34,431 nt of DNA from a virus (Duplodnaviria; Caudoviricetes), in the IMG/VR virus record IMGVR_UViG_3300044723_010151, positions 1 to 34,431 of that record. One strand, written 5' to 3'. The notes beneath the pieces were generated by a model. It did no database searches and was not told where the DNA came from. It was given only the letters and a program-made list of their open reading frames with translations. A program made the translations under genes and the position numbers. This document shows, piece after piece, positions 1 to 8,562 of the stretch (position 1 is the first letter of the stretch; each line of letters opens with the position of its first letter).

Positions 1-2
1 GT

Positions 3-242
3 TTCTTAGGTGCTTTTAACCTTCCAACTGGTGCAACCAAAGGCATTTTGACATCAGATGTAAATGGACAAATTACTGTTACAACAAATCCTTTATCAGC
101 ATTAAATTGGACATTATCTGTAAATGGAAATAATGATCTTTTGTTTTCGTATCAAGGTTCAGTTGTAGCAAGACTTACTACAAATGGACAATTTTCAGCG
201 TTAAATGATGTAGTTGCATTTGAAACAGCACCAATAACATAA
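3..242 (+). CDS. C-terminal end of a tail fibre-like protein (5' truncated by window edge)
   Basis: Frame is open from base 3 (FLGAFNLPTGATKGILTSD...) to TAA at 240-242, so the ORF-track TTG start at 48 is probably not real. The C-terminus W..S.NG.NDL.F.Y.G..VA.L..NG.F.A.NDV.AF resembles phage fibre distal ends. Confidence 0.65.
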   Translation, partial: FLGAFNLPTGATKGILTSDVNGQITVTTNPLSALNWTLSVNGNNDLLFSYQGSVVARLTTNGQFSALNDVVAFETAPIT

Positions 243-252
243 GGCAGAACAA

Positions 253-1932
253 ATGACATTACCTACATCTGGAAGGATAAGCTTTGCTGATATAGCAACA
301 TCATTTGGAGCATCTCCTCCATATTCTACATCATCCTTTGCTGCATATGTATTCCAAACTCCTGGAACACGTATGCAATTAGCGAATACATTCCATGGAA
401 AAGAAGGTGCGTCGGTTAGTATAACTACTGATAACGTTGACGAAGGCTCTGCAATAGAAATAACAGGTACATTTCCTCACAATACAACCGCATCCGGAAT
501 CAATAAATTTCAAATAACGGGATCTTGGGTTCAAAATGCTCCCGGAACTGGTAACACAGCAGATGGATTAGTTTATGACGATTTTGAAGTGTTTCCTACT
601 GTTTATTATGATTTAACAGAAAGTGAAGGAACATATGCACAATTTGTAGATTTAGGTAATTCTACATATGAATGGCGATTAGTTGATAGTGTCGGCACAA
701 CTGTTAAATCATTCTCAGCAACTATTAGTGATAGTACAATTTCTGAAAATATGCCTTTATTTGATGCTGGCGAAATTGCTTGGAATTTCGCAACAGGCGG
801 CACAGTTGCGATAGATGCTGTAAATTATAAATATAGAGCTTATGCTGCATTAGGAACGCAAGGAGTATTTGCTGGAGGTGTATACAGATTAGATACATCG
901 TATATACCATTCCATCCTACAACATTTCAAGCAAAAATAATTCTAAGAATACGAGCAGATCAAACCGACGAAAACACAGAAACATTTAATGTAACACTTG
1001 GATCAGTAGATCAAACTGGAGTTCAGTCCGCTTGGGGTGTGAATACTGTATCGGTATTAATCAACGATACATCAATTATGCCTAACACAACTGCAAATGC
1101 ATGGTTGCAAGGAGGATTTTACACACAAGATTTCCATAAGAGATCATTTTCGTCAATGAGCAATGAAGTCACAGCAGGAGCATTAACAACAACAAACAGC
1201 GGTGGAGGTTGTGGCGGAACTAACGGTTACTACATGATAGTTTCATGTTTCACTGGAGCAAATACAACTAATAGTGATAAAAAAGATTTATCTACTACAT
1301 CTAACGCTGTTGTATGGGGTAATACAACCTATACCCATGCTTATGGCATGGCAGACGGAAATGAGACTCAACTAATGTATTACGGAGGTTGGAATGGAAG
1401 CAGTAATACTAGACAACAATCTAAGCAGGATTACGCAAGTGCCAGCTCAGCATTATGTGGACAAGGTACAGTAACAGGAACAAGGCACAGTTTTTGTTCA
1501 AGTGATTTTATTGATTACATACAAGCAGGAGCAGGAGATAATAATAGTTTTAGAACAAGTGCAACATGGAGGACGACGATGAGTTCTTGTAGTGTTACTA
1601 GCGGTCCAGGACTCCCGAGTGTGATGTATGTGATGCAAGCAGCTGGCAATGACACATATAATTGTGTAAGTGGGAATTATGGAAACAATCCTTATAATCA
1701 TTTAGGACAGATTAATAGGTATGCTTTTGCAACTAACTCTCAAACGAATAATTGGTTAGGTATTACAGGTATTGATAGTGGTGTTAATGTTTCTGATAGA
1801 GATGATCAGTGTTTTCACGGAGGTTCAGCAAGTGGATGGCAAAAATTTAGTATAAGTTCAGGTGGAACTGTGACATATTTTGGAACAACAAGTGTTACAT
1901 CAGGAGCAAAAGCAAGAGGACCAGGCGTATAA
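253..1932 (+). CDS. Putative tail fibre adhesin / receptor-binding protein with C-terminal kelch-like repeats, 559 aa
   Basis: N-terminus MTLPTSGRISFADIATSFG...P.S.S resembles the 'LP.SG.IS..DI..EFG' start of fibre-tip proteins. DQTDENTETFNVTL resembles a Calx-beta/Ig end motif. The C-terminal ~280 aa has Gly/Ser/Thr-rich ~45-aa repeats (e.g. YYGGWNGSSN, FHGG). Confidence 0.6.
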   Translation: MTLPTSGRISFADIATSFGASPPYSTSSFAAYVFQTPGTRMQLANTFHGKEGASVSITTDNVDEGSAIEITGTFPHNTTASGINKFQITGSWVQNAPGTGNTADGLVYDDFEVFPTVYYDLTESEGTYAQFVDLGNSTYEWRLVDSVGTTVKSFSATISDSTISENMPLFDAGEIAWNFATGGTVAIDAVNYKYRAYAALGTQGVFAGGVYRLDTSYIPFHPTTFQAKIILRIRADQTDENTETFNVTLGSVDQTGVQSAWGVNTVSVLINDTSIMPNTTANAWLQGGFYTQDFHKRSFSSMSNEVTAGALTTTNSGGGCGGTNGYYMIVSCFTGANTTNSDKKDLSTTSNAVVWGNTTYTHAYGMADGNETQLMYYGGWNGSSNTRQQSKQDYASASSALCGQGTVTGTRHSFCSSDFIDYIQAGAGDNNSFRTSATWRTTMSSCSVTSGPGLPSVMYVMQAAGNDTYNCVSGNYGNNPYNHLGQINRYAFATNSQTNNWLGITGIDSGVNVSDRDDQCFHGGSASGWQKFSISSGGTVTYFGTTSVTSGAKARGPGV

Positions 1933-1939
1933 AGGTGAT

Positions 1940-2689
1940 ATGGATTTAATAGAAAAGAAAAAATTTAAACTAGAAAATTTAGAAAAAAATTTAGAACAAT
2001 TACAAGAATCATTAGCTCCTATGCTCAACAAAGTTGAGCTTATGAAAAGGACTATAGGCACACCGCAAACTAAACATGAATTAGAAATAGGAAATTTACT
2101 TTTTAGTGGAGATAGTGTTCTAATTTGGTATAAACAATGTTTTAGTCAAATGAACAGTCGTTTAGAAGGAGCGTTAGACAGTTTTTTTAATCTACAAAAA
2201 CTTAAAATTAAAATTGATAAATTAAATATAAAAAATAGTTTGACAAAATTAGAAGAAGTAAAACTATTAAAACATCAAACTGATTATATAAAATTAGAAG
2301 GATATGTTCAAAATGCAATGTCTGAAATATCGCATTATAATAATGCAGCAATTAGAATGAAAGAAACATTTAACATACCTGATGTGATAACCGACGATGA
2401 TATGGACAGAGCAAGTATAGAAGATCATATTAAAACAGCATTTAAACAAGCTGTCCAAGATGTTAGCCAACATGGAGTTATTACTCGTGGAACATTTGGA
2501 CATTTAGAACAATGGGGTATTCATCCTATGACTGCTAAATTTTATGTTTTTAATTATATTAAAAGTTGCGACGAATTACTACAGCAAGGAAAAACTCCTA
2601 ATGTTAAACATTTACACAATTTCTTAGAAGAAATGTATCAAATTCATAAAGATTTGTATAAAGATAATAAAACTCGTTTAGGCATATAA
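1940..2689 (+). CDS. Coiled-coil phage hypothetical protein, 249 aa
   Basis: ATG at 1940 follows the SD-like AAGGTG and lies just after the upstream stop. This is preferred to the ORF-track start at 1880, which overlaps the upstream gene. The sequence has Lys/Glu/Leu-rich heptads. Confidence 0.75.
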   Translation: MDLIEKKKFKLENLEKNLEQLQESLAPMLNKVELMKRTIGTPQTKHELEIGNLLFSGDSVLIWYKQCFSQMNSRLEGALDSFFNLQKLKIKIDKLNIKNSLTKLEEVKLLKHQTDYIKLEGYVQNAMSEISHYNNAAIRMKETFNIPDVITDDDMDRASIEDHIKTAFKQAVQDVSQHGVITRGTFGHLEQWGIHPMTAKFYVFNYIKSCDELLQQGKTPNVKHLHNFLEEMYQIHKDLYKDNKTRLGI

Positions 2690-2710
2690 GATTTAATTAA
2701 CATTTTTTCC

Positions 2711-2718
2711 GATAAATA
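2711..2718 (+). promoter_or_regulatory. T4-type late promoter (GATAAATA)
   Basis: Intergenic, one mismatch to the T4 late consensus TATAAATA, followed by SD AGGA and ATG 2735. Confidence 0.7.
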
Positions 2719-2734
2719 GTTTATAGGAAATATT

Positions 2735-3064
2735 ATGCCAACACAAGTAAAAAATCAGGTTGTTAAAAATATAGGAACAAGTCCTACCATTATTTGCCAA
2801 ACAGATAATTCAATAAAAATTACTATAATAGGCATTAGTTTAACTAATTTAATTGATAGAATAAATTACATTGATATAACTCTTGAAGATAACGGTGTGA
2901 CTACTTATTATTTAAAAAACACAGTTGTACCATTTAATTCGAGTTTACGTGCAGTTTCAACTGGGGAAAAATTAGTTTTAAATTATAATAATATTTTAAG
3001 AGTGTCAGCAATTCATGAAGAATCAATTGATGCAATAGTAAGTTATGCAGAGATAATAGAATGA
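2735..3064 (+). CDS. Small beta-rich virion protein, 109 aa (paralog of 14553..14873)
   Basis: SD AGGA. Pattern T..I.G.SL.N....I.I.L.....Y..KN..VP..SSL.....KLVL....L.V.....ID..VSY.E is typical of small structural proteins beside T4-like fibres. Confidence 0.7.
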   Translation: MPTQVKNQVVKNIGTSPTIICQTDNSIKITIIGISLTNLIDRINYIDITLEDNGVTTYYLKNTVVPFNSSLRAVSTGEKLVLNYNNILRVSAIHEESIDAIVSYAEIIE

Positions 3065-3390
3065 GTCATTATATAGGAATTACACCAGCAGATTTAATCA
3101 ATAGCTTTTCAAAACGTTATTTTTATGGCATTAGAAGAAATGACGACGGAGAAATATTTTTAGGAAAGTACGATCAACTTGTAGACGAAGTTTTAGTAAT
3201 TAATTTACCAGGAAACACATCTGAAAATTTTCCAAATTTTACTGAAGGACAAGACTTTTTTGAAGGAAGAGATCAATTTCATGAATTAATATATGAAAAT
3301 TTAAACTACGAACAATTTCGTTGGGATGGTAGAAGTCTTACTTACACAATAAACGAAGACGGAGAATTTGTTTTAAGAACAGATGGTTAA
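3061..3390 (+). CDS. Phage hypothetical protein, 109 aa
   Basis: ATGA start/stop overlap with the upstream gene. Aromatic/acidic globular sequence (YFYGIRR.DDGE...DFFEGRD..HE..Y.NL.YEQFRWD). Confidence 0.75.
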   Translation: MSHYIGITPADLINSFSKRYFYGIRRNDDGEIFLGKYDQLVDEVLVINLPGNTSENFPNFTEGQDFFEGRDQFHELIYENLNYEQFRWDGRSLTYTINEDGEFVLRTDG

Positions 3391-3408
3391 GCACAGGAAA
3401 AGTAAACT

Positions 3409-6400
3409 ATGGCAAATTTTAATTTAGATAGATTAAAATACAATTGGCGAGGAACATGGAATCCTCTTGTAAGTTTTGCAAAAGATGATATAGTGTATTA
3501 TGAAGGAAAAGCGTATGCTTGTCTAACAGCACATACATCAAGTACCAACTTTTATGCAGATAAAGATGCAGAATTTGTAGATCAAAATGTAGTTGTTACA
3601 GTAGGTGCTGATACTTTTGATAATCAGCGGCAAGGACATTTCTATCTTGATTTTGCTGAAAATCCAGTGTTTACTTTGTTAAAAGGTAGAACATATATAT
3701 TTAAACAAAATGATGCAACAAACATAGAATACAATACTACGCCAAGTCCTTTATTAATTAGTACGATTGAAAATGGTACAAGAAGCGGCGGAGGAGTATA
3801 CGGTGAAGGTGTAAAATATTATTTAGACGATGTAGAAGTCACAGTTAACGAATATACTGATAATTTTGCTACAGCCACAACAAGAGAACTGCACTTTACT
3901 GTTCCTCAAACAGCACCTAATACTTTATATTACTACAGTCACAATCAAATTGACATGGGTGGTAAAATAAATTCTAAATACAGTTCATATTGGGATAAAA
4001 TATTTGACGGAAAAATATGGAAGGGTGACTGGACAGGAGAAACTAATTATGCAGAAGGAAATATTGTAAAATACAATGGTATATTATACCAAGCAATACA
4101 AGGTCATACGTCACCACCTACTGAAGATACTATTTATGAGATAGATTCGTACTTATATTGGCAATTATATCAAAAAACTGTAAAATTTGAAGGAGAATGG
4201 TCAGGGCAACGGCAATATTTCACAAATGATGTTGTAAAAAATGGCGGTAACATTTATATTTGCAATCAGAATCATATTTCTTCAGGAGACGTAACAGGTA
4301 TTAGTGCAAATATTGAGCTGTGGGATAAAATAATTTTATCTGATAAATGGACAAACAATTGGATTATTAATACTTTATATAAAATTAATGACCTCGTGCG
4401 TTATGGCGGTATAATTTACAGGTGTATTGAAGGACATACAAGTGCAAGTATTGATAGAATAGGTCTTGAATTAGATTTAGAAAAATGGGAAGTTGTTGTT
4501 AATGGCATTACGTTTAAAGGTGAATGGCAATCTGGAATACGATACAAAGCAAATGATATAGTGAAATTTGGAGCTTCTTTGTACGTGTGTATCATTTATC
4601 ATACATCTAATGAAGATTTTTTACTTGATGATTTAAATTGGCAGATATATTTACCTGGATTAGAATTTGATAATTATTGGAATAATGTAACTCTTTACCA
4701 AATAGGTGATATAGTTGTATATGGTGGATATAGTTACACCGCTTTAAAAAATAATCGTAATAGCAACCCTAATTTATCTTTAGATGGTAGTAATCTTGAT
4801 TGGGAATTATTAATAAGAGGTTATAATCATCAAGGAGAGTTTCAAGAAGGAATTGTTTATAAATCGGGTGATGTAATTAACTATGGTGGAAATTTATACA
4901 TTGCAAGAAGAGATGCATTAACTGATATTAGACCAGGAACTGACGAAGCAATATGGCAAATTTTAGTGCCAGGAAAAAGGTTTAGAGCAGAATGGAATGA
5001 TGATGTTCTATACTTTGAAGATGATATAGTTTTATATGCTGGTACTGCATATCTATGTATTCGAGAACATTACTCTTATGATTCAGGCAGTCGGCCCGAT
5101 CTAGATAAAGATTACACTGCTGAAAATTATTGGGAAATTTTTATACAAGGATCATCTGACAATGTTCTTACTGCAGAAGGTGATATCCTGGTACACGACG
5201 ACACTGATATACAAAGACTCCCCATTGGATCTTTAGGTAGTGTCTTAACTACTCAAAATAATTTTCCAATTTGGAAAGAATACGAAACGGTTCCTGAAGT
5301 TTATTTTGTTAGTATGGAAGGAATAGACCGAGACGGTGGCGGAAGGACAATAGATTCTGCATTTGCAACAATAAAATTTGCATGTGATTATATAATGAAT
5401 GATTATGATGACACAAAAAACTATACAATTTTTGTCAAATCAGGTGTATATCAAGAAATATTACCTATTAGTATTCCTGCAAGATGTGCAATAGTTGGTG
5501 ATGAGCTGCGAAGCACATCTATACAACCTGCACCAGGATATGAATTAGAAAATATGTTTTATGTAAGAAATGGATCTGGTTTAAGAAATCTTTCTTTGCA
5601 AGGATTAAACGGTGAACTAACTGCACCAACTGAATTTTTGACTCGCAGAACTACTGCTGGAGCTTATGTCAGTTTAGATCCAGGTCTTGGACCTGCAGAT
5701 GAAAATGTTTGGATTACTTCTAGATCTCCATATATTCAAAATGTTTCAACATTTGGCACCGGTTGCATTGGAATGAAAATCGACGGGGCGCTTCATGCAG
5801 GAGGAAACGATTCAATTGTTGCAAATGATTTTACTCAAATATTAAGCAATGGAATTGGATATTGGGCGGACAATTTAGGAAGATCGGAATTAGTATCAGT
5901 TTTTACTTATTACTGTCATATAGGTTATTTAGCAACAAATGGAGGAATCTTACGTGCTACAAATGGTAATAATTCCTATGGAACGTATGGATCTGTTGCA
6001 GAAGGTTTTGATGTTGACGAAATTCCTGTGACAGCAGTTGTTGATAACATAAGTAATCAGGCTATTTTTGGGCAAGCAGTTACATATGGAACGACAGAAC
6101 AAATTGTTATAGCAATAGCTTACAGTCATGCTGGACAAGATTACTCATCAGCTAATATAGAATTTGGAGGTTCTGGAATAAACGCAGTAGCAAAATTTGA
6201 AGAGTTTAGAAAAGGAGCTATATCAAATGTTCGTATACTTGGCCCTGCTGACTCAAGTACACCAGGAGGACAAAACTATACATGGTCACCTAATTTTGCA
6301 AGAGCAGGAACAACAACAGAAATTTCTTTATCTAACGCTGAAGAATTTACAGTAGAAGAAATAGTAGGTCAACGAATAGTTATTCTAAGTGGTCTCGGCG

Positions 6401-8526
6401 TGGGCCAATACGCAGAAATAGACACTTATGATGCAGACTTACAAATTGCAACCATAATTAGAGAAACAGATGGCGCACCAGGATGGAATCATTTCATGCC
6501 AGGATGGCCTATTGAAACAGTATTAGATGATACAACAAAATATAATATTGAACCAAAAATTACAGTTTCTGAACCTGTTTTCAATTTTTTTGCTATCACA
6601 CCACCAGGTGGGTTTGATTATGAATATATCACTGTACAACAACAAGATAATTCGTTTACATATGTAGCTGTTCAAAATGGTATAAACAACCCTGTCGAAG
6701 TAGGATACAGTACAGATGGATCTTCGTGGTCTAGCAATCAAATTGGAAATTTTGTAGTAAGTGGGGTAGACTGTACAAATAATATTTTTACAATTTCTAT
6801 ATTAGAAAATGATCAAGGTAATGCCACAGATATAACACTATTATCAAATGGCGGGATTACATGGAATGAAACAACTTTGCCTCAAACAGGTAGATGGTCT
6901 GCAGTTACAACTGATAAATTATCAAATATTTATATTTTAGATGTAGCCGGTGATGTTGCAATATCCTTAGACGACGGTAATACCTGGAATATGCAATCTA
7001 TACCAAGTAATGGAGAATATTGGGGATTGTTAAAATATGGCAACGGAGTTTTAATTGCAGTTGATACAGGTTCTATTGGTAGTGTTGCATATTCGCTAGA
7101 CAACGGAGTAACATGGAATATAATTTCAAATATTGGGTTATCGGCTTGTAGTGATATTACATATGGTAATAATAGATTTGTTATAGTTACATCAACTGGC
7201 GAAAGTGCAATAAGCTTTGACGGAATAAACTGGTATACTGACAATAAATTAACTGGAGGAACATTTGCGTATGTTGCATACGGAAATGGAGTATTTTTAG
7301 CAACAGGAGATTCAAATTTAGTTGCAAAATCAGCTGATGGTCTTTTATGGTACACGTCTAATAGTCAAATAAATTTTTCTTTTGGTCAAGTTTCTGATTG
7401 GAAAAGAGCAGTGCATGCCGATGGATCTTTTACAGTAATTAATTCTAATGCAAATTTATGGATGAATGCTGTAATTGGAGCTGATCCGATACTAAGAGCA
7501 ACTATTGTAAATAAGCAATTAGACGAAATTGTAATTTATGATCCTGGTTCAGGATACACTAACGACATTATATTAACAATTATTGATAATTCAGTTACTA
7601 TTGAAGCAAGCTACAAGGTTAACATTAACGACGGAGTTTTGTCGCAACCAACAATGCTTAATAGAGGCGAAGGATATGTAACTATCACAGGAAGAATTTT
7701 AGGAAATGGATATGCAGAAATTTTCCAAACAGGAACAGCCTTAAAAGTAACAAATTTAACAAGACTTATTAGTCCAGGAGCTAATTTAACTATTGCTGGT
7801 ATAACCTATGGAGAATACGTTTTATCGTCAATTATTGAACATTCAGAAATTGGTCCTCCTTTCACTGCAACTCTTAGAATAACTCCGTCAATACAAGAGT
7901 TTGAATCTCCTGCTACAGGTACACAATTAACATTGCGAGAAAAATATAGTCAAGTCCGGTTGACCGGACATGATTTTCTTGACATCGGAACTGGAAATTT
8001 TCCAGATACTGATTATCCTGATTTATATCTTTTTGGACAAACCTCTACCAATGCTAGACAACCTTTTAATGAAACCGTTGGTTATGGAGGAGGTAGAGTA
8101 TTCTACACATCAACTGATCAGGATGGAAATTTTAGAGTTGGAGATTTGTTTAAAGTAGAACAAGCTTCTGGTGTAGTTACAATTAGCGCATCTCAATTTG
8201 AGTTAGGTGGATTAAGTGAATTAGCTTTAGGTGGAATACAAATTGGAGGTTCTGCTGTAATTATTAGAGAATTTAGCAAAGATCCAACTTTTATTGCTAA
8301 TTCAAATAATATTGTACCTACCCAACGTGCGATTAAGGCTTACATTCAATCAAGAGTTTCAGGTGGAGGATCAAATGCCACAACAAACAAACTCGTTGCA
8401 AGTCAAGTTTCAATTGAAAATAATACTATAACAACTATAGATAACACAGAGCTCGTAATGGGAACAAAAAGCACAATCATAAAAGGTATTGATGGACATT
8501 ATCTAGCAATGCAAATATTTTCATAA
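3409..8526 (+). CDS. Giant modular virion (tail fibre/spike-like) protein, 1705 aa: CBM5/12-like repeats, beta-helix-like core, Asp-box propeller
   Basis: SD AGGA. Eight W.G.W...Y...D.V.YGG..Y.C...HTS repeats, core motif DGALHAGGNDSIVANDFTQ, six S.DG..W Asp-boxes. The C-terminal YSQVRLTGHDFLDIGTG...VFYTSTDQDGNFRVG block is shared with the next gene. Confidence 0.8.
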   Translation: MANFNLDRLKYNWRGTWNPLVSFAKDDIVYYEGKAYACLTAHTSSTNFYADKDAEFVDQNVVVTVGADTFDNQRQGHFYLDFAENPVFTLLKGRTYIFKQNDATNIEYNTTPSPLLISTIENGTRSGGGVYGEGVKYYLDDVEVTVNEYTDNFATATTRELHFTVPQTAPNTLYYYSHNQIDMGGKINSKYSSYWDKIFDGKIWKGDWTGETNYAEGNIVKYNGILYQAIQGHTSPPTEDTIYEIDSYLYWQLYQKTVKFEGEWSGQRQYFTNDVVKNGGNIYICNQNHISSGDVTGISANIELWDKIILSDKWTNNWIINTLYKINDLVRYGGIIYRCIEGHTSASIDRIGLELDLEKWEVVVNGITFKGEWQSGIRYKANDIVKFGASLYVCIIYHTSNEDFLLDDLNWQIYLPGLEFDNYWNNVTLYQIGDIVVYGGYSYTALKNNRNSNPNLSLDGSNLDWELLIRGYNHQGEFQEGIVYKSGDVINYGGNLYIARRDALTDIRPGTDEAIWQILVPGKRFRAEWNDDVLYFEDDIVLYAGTAYLCIREHYSYDSGSRPDLDKDYTAENYWEIFIQGSSDNVLTAEGDILVHDDTDIQRLPIGSLGSVLTTQNNFPIWKEYETVPEVYFVSMEGIDRDGGGRTIDSAFATIKFACDYIMNDYDDTKNYTIFVKSGVYQEILPISIPARCAIVGDELRSTSIQPAPGYELENMFYVRNGSGLRNLSLQGLNGELTAPTEFLTRRTTAGAYVSLDPGLGPADENVWITSRSPYIQNVSTFGTGCIGMKIDGALHAGGNDSIVANDFTQILSNGIGYWADNLGRSELVSVFTYYCHIGYLATNGGILRATNGNNSYGTYGSVAEGFDVDEIPVTAVVDNISNQAIFGQAVTYGTTEQIVIAIAYSHAGQDYSSANIEFGGSGINAVAKFEEFRKGAISNVRILGPADSSTPGGQNYTWSPNFARAGTTTEISLSNAEEFTVEEIVGQRIVILSGLGVGQYAEIDTYDADLQIATIIRETDGAPGWNHFMPGWPIETVLDDTTKYNIEPKITVSEPVFNFFAITPPGGFDYEYITVQQQDNSFTYVAVQNGINNPVEVGYSTDGSSWSSNQIGNFVVSGVDCTNNIFTISILENDQGNATDITLLSNGGITWNETTLPQTGRWSAVTTDKLSNIYILDVAGDVAISLDDGNTWNMQSIPSNGEYWGLLKYGNGVLIAVDTGSIGSVAYSLDNGVTWNIISNIGLSACSDITYGNNRFVIVTSTGESAISFDGINWYTDNKLTGGTFAYVAYGNGVFLATGDSNLVAKSADGLLWYTSNSQINFSFGQVSDWKRAVHADGSFTVINSNANLWMNAVIGADPILRATIVNKQLDEIVIYDPGSGYTNDIILTIIDNSVTIEASYKVNINDGVLSQPTMLNRGEGYVTITGRILGNGYAEIFQTGTALKVTNLTRLISPGANLTIAGITYGEYVLSSIIEHSEIGPPFTATLRITPSIQEFESPATGTQLTLREKYSQVRLTGHDFLDIGTGNFPDTDYPDLYLFGQTSTNARQPFNETVGYGGGRVFYTSTDQDGNFRVGDLFKVEQASGVVTISASQFELGGLSELALGGIQIGGSAVIIREFSKDPTFIANSNNIVPTQRAIKAYIQSRVSGGGSNATTNKLVASQVSIENNTITTIDNTELVMGTKSTIIKGIDGHYLAMQIFS
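3445..5150 (+). repeat. Eight ~50-aa Trp/Tyr-rich repeats (CBM5/12, ChtBD3-like), protein-level
   Basis: Repeat heads WRGTW, WKGDW, FEGEW, WTNNW, FKGEW, FDNYW, HQGEF, FRAEW, each followed by Y...D/N.V.Y.G..Y. Confidence 0.7.
6706..7350 (+). repeat. Six Asp-box/BNR motifs (sialidase-like beta-propeller), protein-level
   Basis: YSTDGSSW, LSNGGITW, ISLDDGNTW, YSLDNGVTW, ISFDGINW, KSADGLLW, with interspersed YGNG/YGNN. Confidence 0.7.
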
Positions 8527-8533
8527 TAAATCA

Positions 8534-8541
8534 GATAAATA
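8534..8541 (+). promoter_or_regulatory. T4-type late promoter (GATAAATA)
   Basis: Intergenic, upstream of SD GGAG and ATG 8563. Confidence 0.7.
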
Positions 8542-8562
8542 TTCATAGACTCGGAGTTTTAA

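Noticed and set aside
1880-1939. ORF-track start of the 269-aa ORF
   Set aside because: It overlaps the upstream gene. ATG 1940 with SD AAGGTG is more plausible.
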